A DNA stretch of 64,000 nt. It comes from Trichoplax sp. H2 (Eukaryota). The stretch covers positions 124,001 to 188,000 of the forward strand of contig NOWV01000104.1 in assembly GCA_003344405.1 (NCBI GenBank), given 5' to 3'. The position numbers and the translations under genes were made by a program. Positions 11,101 to 25,470 of the stretch are shown here, in pieces. The notes below the pieces were generated by a model, which made no database searches, had not been told where the DNA came from, and saw only the letters and a program-made list of their open reading frames with translations. Position 1 is the stretch's first letter, and the number at the start of each line of letters is the position of its first letter.

Positions 11101-14100
11101 GAAAATTCACAATCTGCTGGTACGGAAGCTGCCAGCAAGGCAAACACAGTGACGGAGACCATGGATTATAATAAACTAACAGCTGCTATGGACATCTTTT
11201 CCGTTGGGTAAGTAAATTTATAATTCAACGGTTATAAAATTTTTTTAAAGAAATTTATACATCATATTTTATATATCATAACATTAACTCCAACAGAAGA
11301 AATTATAACTAATTGTATGGCAATTTCTTTCAATAGCTGTGTTTTAGCTGAATTGTTCACGGAAGGTCATCAGTTATTCGATCTATCTCAATTACTAGCA
11401 TACAGGCAGGGTGAATGTTTACCAGAAGATGTCTTATCCAAAATAGACGATAGATCGATTCAGGTATAATATTGTTACATAAAGACGGTTAGACACTGAT
11501 ACGCGTATACCACCTTTATATTTTATTGTTATGATGACGATATGTTGGTATACATAATGAGATAATATACTACATTTATAAATTAATATTTCAGGAACTG
11601 ATATTACATATGATCCAGAAAGATCCCATGAAGCGTCACTCTGCTGAGGAGTATCTAAATAAATGGAGAGGTCTATCATCAGTTCAATTATAATTATCAA
11701 TAAAACTGAGAAAATTTGCTATTGGAACAAGGTTTAACATGCTAAAAATGTTTTTTAGGTCATTCCTTTCCGGATGTATTTTATGATTTTCTGTATTATT
11801 ATATGGAATCCTATGGGCAAAGACCTTTCCTAACTTCCGACGAAAAAATTGCAAAGTATGTTCTCGCTTGTATGTATCATGTACTTGCAAACAATATGGT
11901 AAAAATATTATTATACGATGTTACCTATAGGCTTAAGGAGGATATGAATCGCATAATTAAAGAGCTAACTTCCACGGATAATTATATTAATGGTTTGTCC
12001 GATCGTTGCTATGACGTAACATAATTAATATATGTACTCTGATCCAGATCCAGTAACGATATTATGACATTTCATTCCCGACAGAATTTTTAGTACTCAT
12101 TCTTCCTCTACTAACATCCTGTATCCGAGATTTGCAGGTAATATACTGCTGCTAGAAGTATATTGTAAGGATTCGATTGAAAATCTAAATGCTACTATGA
12201 TTTATGACTCTCTGTTAGTATTTAAATTCAAAACTGAATGCTATCGAAATGATTCAACTCCTGGCCCAATATGTATCTGATGAAGTAGTACTGGATCGGC
12301 TAGTTCCATATCTGGTAGCGTAATTCATGCTGTAACATTAACCTTGAATTGTAGAATAAATAATAATTTTAAGTAACATAGAATATAATGATCTTTACTT
12401 TCAGGTGGAGTTGCTTACCGATTCACAGCCACGAGCTAAAGCCGCCGCTATTAGAACTCTTACTAAATGCTTAAGCAATGTTAAATATGTCCCTAAAAGG
12501 TAATTTTTAATAATTCGTTAGACTAAAGATTTATATTAATCTAAATTCAAATTCTATCTTTGATATTATTTTTAGTGATGTAAACATTTTCTTGGAATAT
12601 ATTTTACACAGCCTGGTAAGTGTTCCGATATTGATCTGTAAATCGTCTACCATACATGTATAAATGAAATTTACCTTGTAGGCTACGAACGACAAAGATG
12701 TATTTGTAAGAGTTGCTTACGCAGAAAATATCGCCAAATTAGCGGAAACTGCTCTCAGGTAGTGGTGACTGAATTGCCCAAAAGTTTATGGGGCACTCAC
12801 TAACTTTACATTGATTTTATTCTTCACTTCTAGATTCCTAGAAGTTTCTCATATGAAGCAGTATTCTGACGAAAGCATCTTTGTGAAAGACTCTACCTTA
12901 AACTTTCAGGTTGATATAGTTACAGCAGTAAATGCTTATGTGATAAAATTTCTTGCAAATACGCTATGTTGTAAGTAGGCTAAGTTGGATAAAATCTATT
13001 TGATTTTATTAGACAAGCTACGATATCGAGTTGCAAGCACTTCAGGACTTAATCCAAAAGAAAACGGTTCTGTTGTTAAGTGATACTGTAAGAGAAGCAT
13101 GCTTAGCTAGATGTCCATACGGTTCTATATATAGTTAAAATAATACGCAAGCGAATTAACGTTAGTTTCATCGGTTAATATTGTCTACGATAGGAAAATG
13201 TTGTCAAAAGAGCAATTCTCGAAAATGGCATTTCAAAATTGTGTTTATTTTTCGGAAGACAGAAAGGTCTATAAGCTCACTGTATTAAACGGCTGATTTC
13301 TGTATTAACCTAAATTGACTACATATAATTACTTGCTTTTCTCTTTATCAGCAAGCGATGTTTTATTGTCCCATATGATAACGTTTCTGAACGACAAGGT
13401 AATGTTCATTTGCAAAGCACCGTTGTATTTTTTAAATTAATCAATTATAATTTCCTATTAGTCGGATTGGCAGATGCGAGGAACATTTTACGATAGCATA
13501 ATTGGTGTCGCGGGGTATGTAGGCTGGCAAAGTCTTTCCATGCTAAGACCATTACTCCAACAGGTATTGTCATGATTGCTATCGATGTACTAACATATGG
13601 CTAAATGTAACGCTGCACTATATAACGGGGTTCCAATTGTAGGGGCTTAGTGATCCTGAGGAATTCGTGATATGCAAGGCACTTGAAGCATTGACAGATG
13701 TAGTCAATTTAAGTAGGGATTAACACATGATTTAAAAGATAAATTTTATTGTCGCTAGTTGTCTCATGCTATTTTGTTCATGATCGGTTACAGGGCTACT
13801 TGATGGTAATGTAGTAGATGATGTAACCAAAGAAGTAATTCCTTTTCTGTATCATCCTGTAAGTGTGAATGAAGATACCGAATTAATTAACTACATGCCG
13901 TTTTATCAACTGCACAATGCTTTTTATATAATTCATTGCTAAATCGTAACGAATTTCTTAATTAAACATTGTACATGTAGAATAATTGGATTCGCCACCG
14001 CGTGGTCGGTTATATTTTGGCACTAGCGAAAATTTATAGCTTATCTGACTTGCATTGTAAACTCATACCACTTTTGCAACCTTATCTTAAAAGCCCAATT

Positions 14101-17100
14101 ATTCAAATAGATGATGAGGCAAGCATTCTGGCAGAAACAGCTGTTATGCTTTTTCGGATGTAATATAAGCAAGCTCCTTTTGTGTGCCCTTATTAGGTCA
14201 TTTTGTTAAGTCTACTTAAAGCACCGCTGAATAGACCTGTTTATGATTATGTTATTAAATTGGCTACCATTAATTCTATTATTGAAAGGTATATATTATG
14301 ACAGCCATTAATGCTATACAATTACGATTCTTGTACGAATGGGGTGGTAATACTACTAAATGTGCCTTAACATTACAGTTTAGAAAAGCGGAAAGGAGAT
14401 CCTAATCGAATTGCAAATTATGATGGAGATACGATGCAATCTGTAAATTAATCATAAATGGAGTAGTTAATTATGCCAACGTTGTAAAAGATCTTTTATC
14501 TGTCTAATGCTTTAGATGTTTCGAAAGCTTGTATCTTTAGGCTTTAAGGTGGAAGATGAAGAAAAATTATTGGTAAGCCATTTTCTATTAGATTGTTGTT
14601 ATTAAGGGCGCTCCAATTTATGGATTACTCTTTGATTGTTTAACAGAACAAAAGTTAAATATTTTCCACTTTATTTTTAGTGTATGAAGGAAATCTTGCT
14701 ACGAATCCATCATGCAAAATCGAGGTAGGTATAGATATCTACCTCTAGTTATTTAAGTAAGATAACGTTCATATTTGCTGTTGAATAGCATGGATACCTC
14801 ACATACCAGTGAATATGGATCACCAGAACATCTAGAATTAATCGCTTTAACTAAAACGAAATCTCGCTCTTTAAATTTGTCACCGGCTGTGGAAATTTCG
14901 AATGAGGATTCAAAGTAATGATATACTTCTTTATCCCTATGTATATTATATGTTTATATTACGTCTTTAATATTTGTAATCTTTCGTACAAGGAAGAGCA
15001 GTCGTCGCAAGTCGTCAGCAGATGTTGGAAATTCTAATACTATGGTATAATTTCTATTAGTGATATCGCTATGAGCGTGTACGTATTCACACTGATGATG
15101 GTTAAAATAAAATTAATTATTACAGAATGCTGAATGGAAGCATATGTTTGGATCTACTCAGAAGATTGATCATCTACCTTCTAAAAAGAATTCCAGTAAA
15201 TCGCTATTGAGTAATTTACCAAGTGAACAGATTAAATCTTCCTCCGATAGAAAAGGCAGTATTAGTGAAAAGCAATCCCAACTGGTTAACAGCATAATTA
15301 TTGCTTTTTTACTTTATAAAGCTATAATTTAACTTCTAATCAGTTCTTCTTAATAAATTAGCGTTCTGCGAAGAATTCTACCTCGTCTTTAGCTGCGTAA
15401 GTCGATATTTAGAATATTTTCTTATACTGAGAGTAGCACTTGCCTCACTATTCTTTACTATGCAGCGACCGCGGATTGCAAAAGTATGGAACAAAAAAAG
15501 GTTATAATCTGTATAGCCCTAAAGTAGCATTAGATACTAGAGCAACTAGTTGTTTCGAAAATTGATTGTACGGAAACCTCTGATATGTTGTTAAATTACA
15601 TGGAAAAATTAGGTATAAATACTTGCAAAGCCGAAGTTTCTCAACTTTTTATGAAAAAAATTGAAAGACACGCTCTTGGTAGGAAATATTATGGCTTTAT
15701 TGGCGTTTTGAACCTCTTAGTAATGTTATATTGTCTATACTGTCATAGGACTAAAAGCTAAACAAGTTGGAATCGTAGATTGGGAGAAAGTACCAACTCC
15801 AGCGGGGTAACATTCTACTATGATATGTGGCTGCCCTATTTTGTACAATTTTTTACTGATACCGGTGGATCATTTATGCTTATTTGCTACGTCTTGTGTC
15901 TTGACTACAGATGGAAGCCAAAGGGAGAGTTGATAGCCCATATCCGAGAACATCGCGGAGCTATTACAAAGTATTATAGTTGATATTGTCTATTTTTATT
16001 TGGTTGTTATGTAAGCTAAAGTATTGATTTCATGTTGCAGAATTGCAACATCGGAAGATTCTAAATTGTTTGCGTCTGGTTCGAGCGACGGCACCGTAAA
16101 GCTATGGGAAGCAAAACGGATGGAGGGTCGGACTACTATGTTAAAAGCTAATGTAACGTATGCTTTTCAAGGTAAGAAGATATTGAAAGCCCTAAGCTGA
16201 ACTCTAACGCAATCGTATTGATGCTATTGTTAGTAAATAATCATTAACATGATTCATGCTCACAGGTTCGCGTGTTACTAGTGTGGAATTTTGCCAGCAA
16301 TCGTCAGCGCTGGCGTGTGCAACTGATAATGGAGTGCTTAGGATTGTTAGGTATTATTTTCTAGAGATAATCTTTGTAAGTCTAATGCCCACTTAAGTCT
16401 TCTAAAGATATTCTTCTACGATAGACTTGGAGAAGGCTCAACACAACCAACTGTAACGAATACCATTACACTGGATCCTAAAGAGGGTTCCATCATAGAC
16501 TTGCAATATTTCGATTCGGGTAATTGCAACGACTAGTAAATGCATCTAAAACATTCATCATAAATTAAGCACATATACCACCGTAATGGCATAGTATTAT
16601 TAGGCAAGAAGTACAGTAATATTAATAAATTTTGCCTTTATTTTAAAATTAAAATAGGTTCTCAAGCTGTCCTTTCCTACGTTACTACCCACGGCTGCAT
16701 TTGTGGTTGGGACTCGAGAATGCCTCATCGAATGGCATGGAAGCTACAGAATGATCTTAAAAATGGTGCCTATTTTCATGCTTAAGACGTTAAGAAAGCA
16801 TAAATAACTTACTTGATCCGTAATTTTTATCATTTCATTATGTTTATAATTAGGATTGTCGACCGCGTATACTATTGACAGGCTCCAATGCTGGCTAGCG
16901 GTTGGATCTAGTACTGGTGCTCATGTTTGTTGGGATTTAAGATTTCAAATACCCATCGCTACTATAAAGCACCCATCAGGCACGAAATTATTTTATGGCC
17001 TTTCAAAACTCGATAATTAATTTTAAATATTATAATATCATTCTTTGTGTTGCAGGTGCGTGTGTGAAATGTTTAACTCCGAATCCTAAGGAGCAGTCAT

Positions 17101-17799
17101 GGGTAGTATCTTCGATGCAGGGAAATAACGAAGTTTCCATGTGGGATGTCGAAACAGGTGCCAGAAGAAAGATGCTGTGGGCTAGTTCCGCTCCTCCGAT
17201 GTCAACTACGCAGGTATTATCTCAGATTCGGAAATATGTATGAGATATGCTATGATAGAAAGTATGTTTTCTAAATGGTTGAACACTTTGCAGAGTTCAC
17301 CTGAAAGCGTATTAGCTGTATACCCTGGACCTCCTGATGACCGCTTTATTTTAACCGCTGGTACTGATCGCCGAATTAGATATTGGGATACTGAAAGTTG
17401 TGGATCATCCTATGTTGTGGTTGGCTCAGCAACAGAAACAACTGATTCATCAGAGTTTCAATATCGGTTGGTAGTACCTTTCTAACATTACTATGTTGCT
17501 GTATACTTATATTATTATATGGACCGACTATATACTTGTAAATGCAAGCATAAAACTGCATCTGTAATTATTTATTATCTGTATTTATAAATAGAAGCCG
17601 TGCAATCGATGGTACTGAAGTAATTATCGAAAAGGAGATTAAGCGAAAAGAAAACACTCAAGAAGATGCGCCACGCCGCGGTCCGGAGGCCCCATTTATT
17701 GGGCATCACGATACTATCAATCAACTGACCGTAGTGAAAGGTCTTCAAGGACTAATGATTAGTGGGGCTCAAGATGGCGTAATCAAAGTTTGGGTGTAA
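8110..17799 (+). CDS. PIK3R4: Phosphoinositide 3-kinase regulatory subunit 4 / VPS15 (kinase-like domain, HEAT repeats, WD40); about 45 exons
   Basis: Exon 1 (8110-8201) reads [20 protein letters not shown] and exon 2 (from 9348) [13 protein letters not shown]. Later exons give [80 protein letters not shown] and a final [12 protein letters not shown] with TAA at 17797-17799. Confidence 0.96.
8500..8529. repeat. (TA)n microsatellite in VPS15 intron 1
   Basis: tatatatatatatatatatatgtatatata. Confidence 0.9.
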
Positions 17800-18600
17800 A
17801 ATATCTTGCTTATAAGTATTGATAATATTGTGAGAGCTAGTGGCAAAATTTATAACAAAGAAAGCTTTCCTTATATTAATAACCTCAAAGTAAAGTAATA
17901 ATAGTAAAAAAACCTAATGAAGAATTTTCCTATATTTCTTGTACAGTGTGCATGACCGTCGATCAGCTGTTATAAGTTATATAGTATTTCAGCACGATAG
18001 CATACTAAGCAGTAGAGTGCAGGAATTGGGTATTTCTGCTCAATTTTAATAAGATGGATTGGCCTTGGTCATGAACTGATTGTGATTGATATTGTCTTAA
18101 CATATTTTGGATTTGTAGCATAAAGTCTACTATTGTTTTATACTTCCCACATAAATTATGTCGAAATGATACTCCAATGCAGAAATCTTCCTTCAGCTGA
18201 GTTCAGCATGTGCTAGAATTAAATCAGTTAGTTATCGAATCTGCTATATCTTTCGGAAGCGAATTAGAAACAGTTTTATTATTTATATTGAAAAATACTA
18301 TAATTACAACTGTAACTGCTTGCTTTTAGCGTAACGATTTTTCATGATAAAACTTCAAGAATGAAAATAAAGGTTTATATGATTCTCTATCAGCACAATC
18401 GCATCATTTACGACGTGTGATTCGTAGTTTAATGTAATCAAGTCGAATTGAATCTATTTTATGTCAGAGAATGTTCAAATTTCGACTCCATTATATCTGT
18501 ATTTGACTTTTAGTACATGCATGAACATACTTTTTCGTAATTCAAGGTGGTAAATGCCATCAAAAGGAGTCGACTACTTTATAGACCAGCGATCATAGAA

Positions 18601-19824
18601 TCACTTTTTATCATGTAAGCAAGTTAGATCGAATTGATTCTGTTTTAGTAAATGAACTGTATTCGCTTGATCGTTAGTAAGATTACCCCTATCCGGAATT
18701 ATAGATGCGTTAAGGAAAATATTATCCTGGTTTCCTGTCGCATGGTCTTGCGTAACCCTTGGATTATATCTGGTAATAATTTGCAAAACGTTATCATATG
18801 AATCTCCGTCAAATTTCTGCAAGATAGATGATTGTAAACCATTACTTAGCAAACTGCTAGTGCTAGTTAAAAGTGAGTTAGGTGATAAAGATGCTTTCTA
18901 TACTCACTTCAGCAATATACTTCCGGTCTTTTACTTTAAATCTAAAATTGATAGCCCTCCCTCCACTTTTGGATAGATTGTGATATCTTTGCACAGACAA
19001 CACAATAGTTTGATTTTGAGATTCACTCAGCCTAAAAATAAAGGTTCCAGGAATATTTCTTTCCGTAAAGTAATTCAACGTGGTTTTCCTATAATTCCCA
19101 AAAATGGCTTCATTATGATAGGCAAATAATTATAACTGGAATAACTCTTATAAAATTTATACATATAAAGTACGGTTAGAAGGTTTGACTGATTAGAAAA
19201 ATATTGATATCAGCTGCAATGGCTATCTGAATTAGTGTCTTAGAACATTGTCACAACAATTTAAAGCAAATTGCTAAATGTTACTCTAAATCACAAGTAT
19301 GTAAAACTAACCACGACCAATTCGGTTGAACCCATGGCAATGTTAAATCAAACTTAAAAAATATCCTGAAAATAAATTGGCTTTAGTAATCGTAATTTGA
19401 TTTCATGAATCAAAATAATTTCTCATCCAATATGAGGTATCTTACGCGCTACTTGACGTATCAGTTTCGGCCAAGGAATCAACCGAAGGATTTAACAATC
19501 CTGCTACTGCTTTTACCTAAGTGGAGAAAACAGGATAATATCAAAATATAATCCTGCAGGTAGGAAAGCTACTTCACCATGATAAATTGACGTATGAGTA
19601 TCTACATAAAAATAATAAGTCCAACAGCCACACTCACAATTATGAGCATGTGAAGAGATTATCTAATCTATCATTCAACAACATACTGAATAAGAATGAT
19701 ACCTTGCTAGTTATTATTATTAAATTTTACCATGCTTACCGGTGGAGAGTATTTGTTTCGTGACATATTCAGCAGTTTGGGATGTAAATAATCTTCTTCC
19801 TTATCTAGTGAAGCATAATGTATC
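18601..19824 (-). CDS. SH2-domain protein (C-terminal SH2, adaptor-like); 5' exons probably extend to about 20.5-21 kb but are unresolved
   Basis: Exons 19824-19740, 19516-19446, 19365-19312, 19088-18908 and 18816-18601 join in frame. They give LPWVQPNWSWKTTLNYFTERNIPGTFIFRLSESQNQTIVLSV...NFRFKVKDRKYIAEKFDGDSYDNVLQIITRY, with the SH2 Trp and the FLVR-type Arg (GTFIFRLSES). Confidence 0.75.
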
Positions 19825-22800
19825 CTATAATCTCTTTCTTCCAACAGCGGTAACGATAAACACATCATAGGCTGTAATGGCTATGAAAAAAATCTATGCC
19901 TTAGCTAAATTACCAATTGCGTACATTATTATTGAAGAAGAACTTTACGTTTTGTCATTCGAATGAAATTTAATCAGACTTGGCAATATTAATCTATGAT
20001 TGAATTATAGTAACAAAGTAACTTTCTGCGATGTAATAACAAAAGTTAAGAACATCAGATCATATTTAATTCATAAATTCTATAATTTAAAGGTACTTGA
20101 TCTCATCACATGATAATGATTCATAAGACTTAATACATTTAATTCAAGATTTTATCATTGCTACGAAATTTCAATTCATTTTACCACGTTAAAAGATTGA
20201 GCCAGTGCTATCTGGAATAACAGTATCTAAAATTGAAGATATTAAAAAAATCGAAATATCAATATTACACTTCCTTATCAAAGTATGTATACGGTAATCA
20301 TATATCATTAGCTTGATACAAAGGTAATAAAAATAAAATTAAAAAGCGGTTTCATTGGAATAACATAGTTTCTTACATTTATACTTTTATCAGTATGGAC
20401 GGCTGCAATTTTGTGCGATTTAGTAGACTCATCAAAGAAACGGAGGTATATCGTATTGCAAACGACATAAGTGGTGAAGCGTTGGTTGGGAATTTGAAGC
20501 AATACCTCAATGCGTACCTAAACTCGTGTTATAAGCATGATTTGTTAGTTATGATATTAACAAAGTACCGCAGTATATAGCCCTAATAAAACGGAATATA
20601 GTATTATTCGCAGTTTTTCCGCCAAATGCTTACCAAATTGACAATTTTTAAGAAATTTAATGATACTATAATCAAAATCGGCAATAATTGAGTTCCCTTT
20701 GCAGGTAGAGCATCCTATCGAAAAGATATTATTCTATTTTAGAATTATCGGTTTCAACTATTAGAATATTGTTAAAAGCAATGTTAGTACTCATACAGCT
20801 AACCAGGTAGATTTGACGTAAATCTTGTTCATTAATGGAGAATCTTTCGCAGGATACCAAACAATCGGTTAACTAAGATGTTTACAGCAAAGAGTAAATA
20901 TAGTAAAGCATAATGAAACGATTATTAAAATACGTTGCAGAATCGAATCCCCTAGATTGGAGAAAGTACGGTACAAGCTTATAGAGCAGAAGAGAATGTT
21001 ACTGGGGAGAATGCTACCGGAATTGGCGATTATGAGATGGTACTCTTGAATTAAATAAAATCTGTTTTGACATCTTAAAGTAAAATATGCGCGCATGACA
21101 TGTAGCTGTAGCATACTACAACATGTAAGTTGGTATGTAGAACACTTAGATATGAATAAGACTGAAATATATGTGCATCATATCATCTCAACAATTTTTA
21201 TTCTTATTTATAATTACAGTATCTCGATGTATTTTAAGCTCCGTCATATCGTCTAATAATTTATAAAATCTGTTACTTGAAATGAAAGAGACAATATCGT
21301 CTTCGATATCATCGGATATAATTATCGGTCACAAGCTTTTTGTTGTTTCATTCCAAGTTTTATAATCCAGTTTCATAGCAGTGTTAGCAATGATTCACAT
21401 ATACTAGCTATTAGAATTTGTTAGAAGGAGCAAAACGAATCTCCGTAAATGCAATTTGAATATTTAGGACTGAAAATAGCGCAATCAAACAAAAAGTGGA
21501 TCTGAAAGGTGTTTATGGCAGTGTTTCCGAAGATCGACTTATTTCGTTTAAGTAAAGAATACTCGGAAACTTAACGAAAATTTTCATTTATGTTTTGATT
21601 TACAATTTCATTCATTGTAACTAAAAATTTGTTGGTGCCAAGATCTGCCTATATTTCTAAAAGAAATACTTACGTAAAATCCACCTATCGTATGTCTGTG
21701 GAGATCGATATCTTCTGACGCTTTTTCTCTTAATTCTGAATCCATTTTGTTACAGGTTTTGATCAGCTAATTTACTACTTTATTCCTCTATCTTTACGTG
21801 ATAAAAAATATTCTATGAGCTACTGATGTTTACATAATAGCGGGAATGTATTATTATGGTTAAAATTGCCAGAAAAAATTATTTGAATGAGCGTAAACAT
21901 GTTTATGTAAATCAAATCCAATTACGAAGGTGTCGAGGAGAGTTCTAGTAATACGGCACGACATATAAACGGATATAGCATAACTTTTACTAGCTCTCTC
22001 CGTAATTATAAGAGATATAAACCCAGGTATTATTCTGGATGAATAAGGATGTGTTTAAGGGTATGAACATGATCAACTTAATTTTTACTAGGTGTGTAGA
22101 CTTATATTCAATTCATTTTGTAACCCCAATATTTAAAAGTCAGAAATATATGACAAAAGCAATAAGAATATAGACCAACATTCGTATTCTTCAAACTAAA
22201 GACTTACGAAATTTGAAATTTTATTGAATTGCTGGAACGCAATAATGAAATTTCTTTTACTAGGAAGTAGCAATTTGTTTTATATTGTACTTTAATCTTT
22301 GTAGTAAAGGATAAATTGAATCAAAATTTATATCATAGAATAGATAAATAAAGAACTTAGTCTTAATCGATAAAGTCAATGCTGCCTTTCTTACAGATGT
22401 TTAGCACGGACTGATACATTACCAAGAAATGGAAACTAGCAAAATTATGCCAATTCTTTGATCTACTAACTATTGTATCGTATCCGAAGTTATTGGCAAA
22501 TGTTTAAATAGATTACAGAGATGAGTGCCGATTTTTAGTAATTGCTATTTTAATCGGCTGATTTCTTTACGCTAGTTTTACTGTAGTTTGAATGTATGAT
22601 CGCTTACAAGATGAGATACGGAAATCTTAAAACTTTATGGTCTTAATCTATCCGTTCTGTGCCATACTGTATCGCTTATTCTAGATCTCTATAAATATTT
22701 CCATATAAAATGAAATATGATAATATTAAGATTTCTGATCTTAATCAATTAATTTACTCTACATCATATTGGTCATGCTACTATCATGTAGTTATTCCTA

Positions 22801-24706
22801 CATTTTCATCAATAACAATCAATGAAATCATGTTTTAGCAGACATATGCTATAAGAAATTGAATAAATGTCTTTAAATGAACACATTTCTGATGATCTTG
22901 GACTCGTATACAAGCATGTATAAAATACATTTCAGGATATCATAGCTTTTACTCGCTAGACATTGATCTTGTTAGCTTCTTAATTATGTTATGATTTTTG
23001 AAGATTTGCTGTTAAAATCATAAATTCGATGCATTAAGATTGAAATAAAATTTAAACAAATAGTTAAGGGAATTACATCGTGCAAGCCTTATACTGTAAT
23101 ATAATTTATGTTAGCTTTCAAATTCTACAGATATTAAATTTTTTATCAGAAACGGCTATTTCGATATAGGCAATTGAAAACTTATCAGAACCAAAACAGG
23201 GCCATTTTTGACTTTAACGAACAACATAAATATGCCCTTGTAAAGTTTACTGCTAAAGAGTGATAACAAGAGTAATTATAAACAATAAACATTAGTTAGT
23301 AATAAATATTTTTGACCTACAGGAAATAACACTGAAATCCCCAGATTTGCATACTTACATTTGCTCTTAGTATAAGGTGCCACGAATGAAGAAATCACGG
23401 CTTTTTTTCTGGAAAGCCAAGAAGGAAGGATGATAATTCCTACTTTAAAGCCAGAGCTACCAATCTACAGGCAAATTTGTAGGATCTATGCGCAGTCTTT
23501 TCGGTAATCAGATACTCCATTAAAGTATCTGAAAGACTCTACTCCCTCCCCTGTAGATATACTGTAATACTAGGCTAATAGCTTAAGAAACCAATGAGTA
23601 AGGTCCGAAAAGATTTGTCTTTCAAATTGGATCGAGCTAAAATAGCTACAGATGCCTTTAAATCGTCTACGTGTAAATTGCGCAAATTTCAACGCCAATA
23701 TCTTCATGCCAATAAATTATCATCTAATATTTTAGTTGACGAAGTCTAGAAAGTGTACGGATAATAACAGATTTGTCAACTATCGCCAAGGTAGAAGTTC
23801 ATTCGCTGATTTGTGGAGCTCATCCATGACGCATGGGTTTAAATCTTTTTAAGCCCATTTTACAGCCTCTGATTTCCTTTATTGTGTTCTGTCTGTAGAA
23901 TCAAATACCCATAATTTTAGCAAACTTCGACGATAAATTTTGATTTCATTTTTAACTTGATCCTTATATACGTGTAAGTAACCTGTTACTGTCTATGGGA
24001 TTTATAAAGCGTAAATTTTTTATGTGTATGAACTTTAAATCGAATTCAAGTATCAACCACTGTTTTCAAATTGGAGTAACCCATCTATAACTAAAGTAAA
24101 AGTAATAACTTTCGGCCGACTTTGACGAATCTCAGACGTCATAGCGGAAAGTAGCTTTCTTGAGGAGCTCTTATTCCTCTAAAATGGTATTGAAAAGGAT
24201 CATTTGGATTAAAATGAGGTTTAAGTTAATTTGTGCGATGATGCCCAAAATATCAAGGTCCGCCTAAATTAGGGTGAAGATCCTTTTTCTCTTTGGACGA
24301 AAAACCTCAACTGGATTGAGTATTCAACTCATGCTTGTGTGTATCTTGCAATCTTGGCCAGAAGTTAATGAGCTGAACCTTGGTATGGATTAAAAAGACT
24401 TTCTTCATCAAAGTTTGATAGAGTTAAAAATTAAATTTTGTTCTACAATACTGCACCAAGCTCCTTATAAATTAAGTCTATAAATCATTGAGTAAAGATT
24501 TTAATTACTAATGTTTAGATTTTGAAGGCATACAAAATATTTAGATTAGTCTAAAACTTCATCAGTAATGGATTTGTTGAGGCTTTAGTCATCTATGTCG
24601 CCCTTTTCTATTATTAAAATAGGCTCCTATGACAATTATTTGTGCACAGTTTATTTAGTGTTCCATTCTGCGTTTAAGATTCTTCTACAGGTGAACCACA
24701 TTCATA

Positions 24707-24950
24707 TTATCCATCAAGAAATCGTCCAAAAAATAAAAACTTTATAGTTTAGGACTTTAATATTAAGCTGAGACACTACGTTTAATTAGTGTTTCATTCT
24801 ACGCTTAAGTACTGGTAATTAAGATTCACCTTCAGGGCTCTCCTAAAGACGAACTACCTTCTCGTTATCCATTAAGAAATTATCCTAAACATAAAATCAG
24901 TATAATCTAGGACTTTAATATTAAATTGCAACACTATATTTAAAATTACA
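24707..24950. repeat. Degenerate tandem duplication, period about 160 bp
   Basis: ttatccatcaagaaat...taggactttaatattaagctgagacactac recurs as ttatccattaagaaat...taggactttaatattaaattgcaacactat. Confidence 0.7.
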
Positions 24951-25470
24951 TAAAAGTCACTCGTTGTCATTTCTATCAAACGAAAATTTTATAACACGGC
25001 TATATTATGGAATTTACTTTTCGGAGTAATCATAAAATGCAGTATTGCAACCTCTCATCTAATTTAAAAACTGTTTTATTAGTCAGCAATCTAATGATAT
25101 TACAAATGCAAGGATATGTACATTAGATTACGAATTCATTGCTAAACAAGTCACCATCGAATTTAATCATTTAAGTATCAAAATAGCCTTATTTCGGTCA
25201 AGAAATAAGAGTAAAATATGAGTTATAGATGCAAAAGGCTTATAAAAACACTTCGAAATAGCTAAATTATTAAAGTACGCCATTTTTTTACTTGAAGAGA
25301 GTTAATATATATGACTACACTTATACCACAAGATAATTGACCTCGGAAATGACCCCTAGTAGTTCAAACGACTTATACTCTTATTGATCAGATAGTTCAA
25401 TTCTGAAGTCGTCTATTTCGTTATCAATCGGTAGCACCAAGATAGTAACACAGAAGTTTAGAGAAACATT

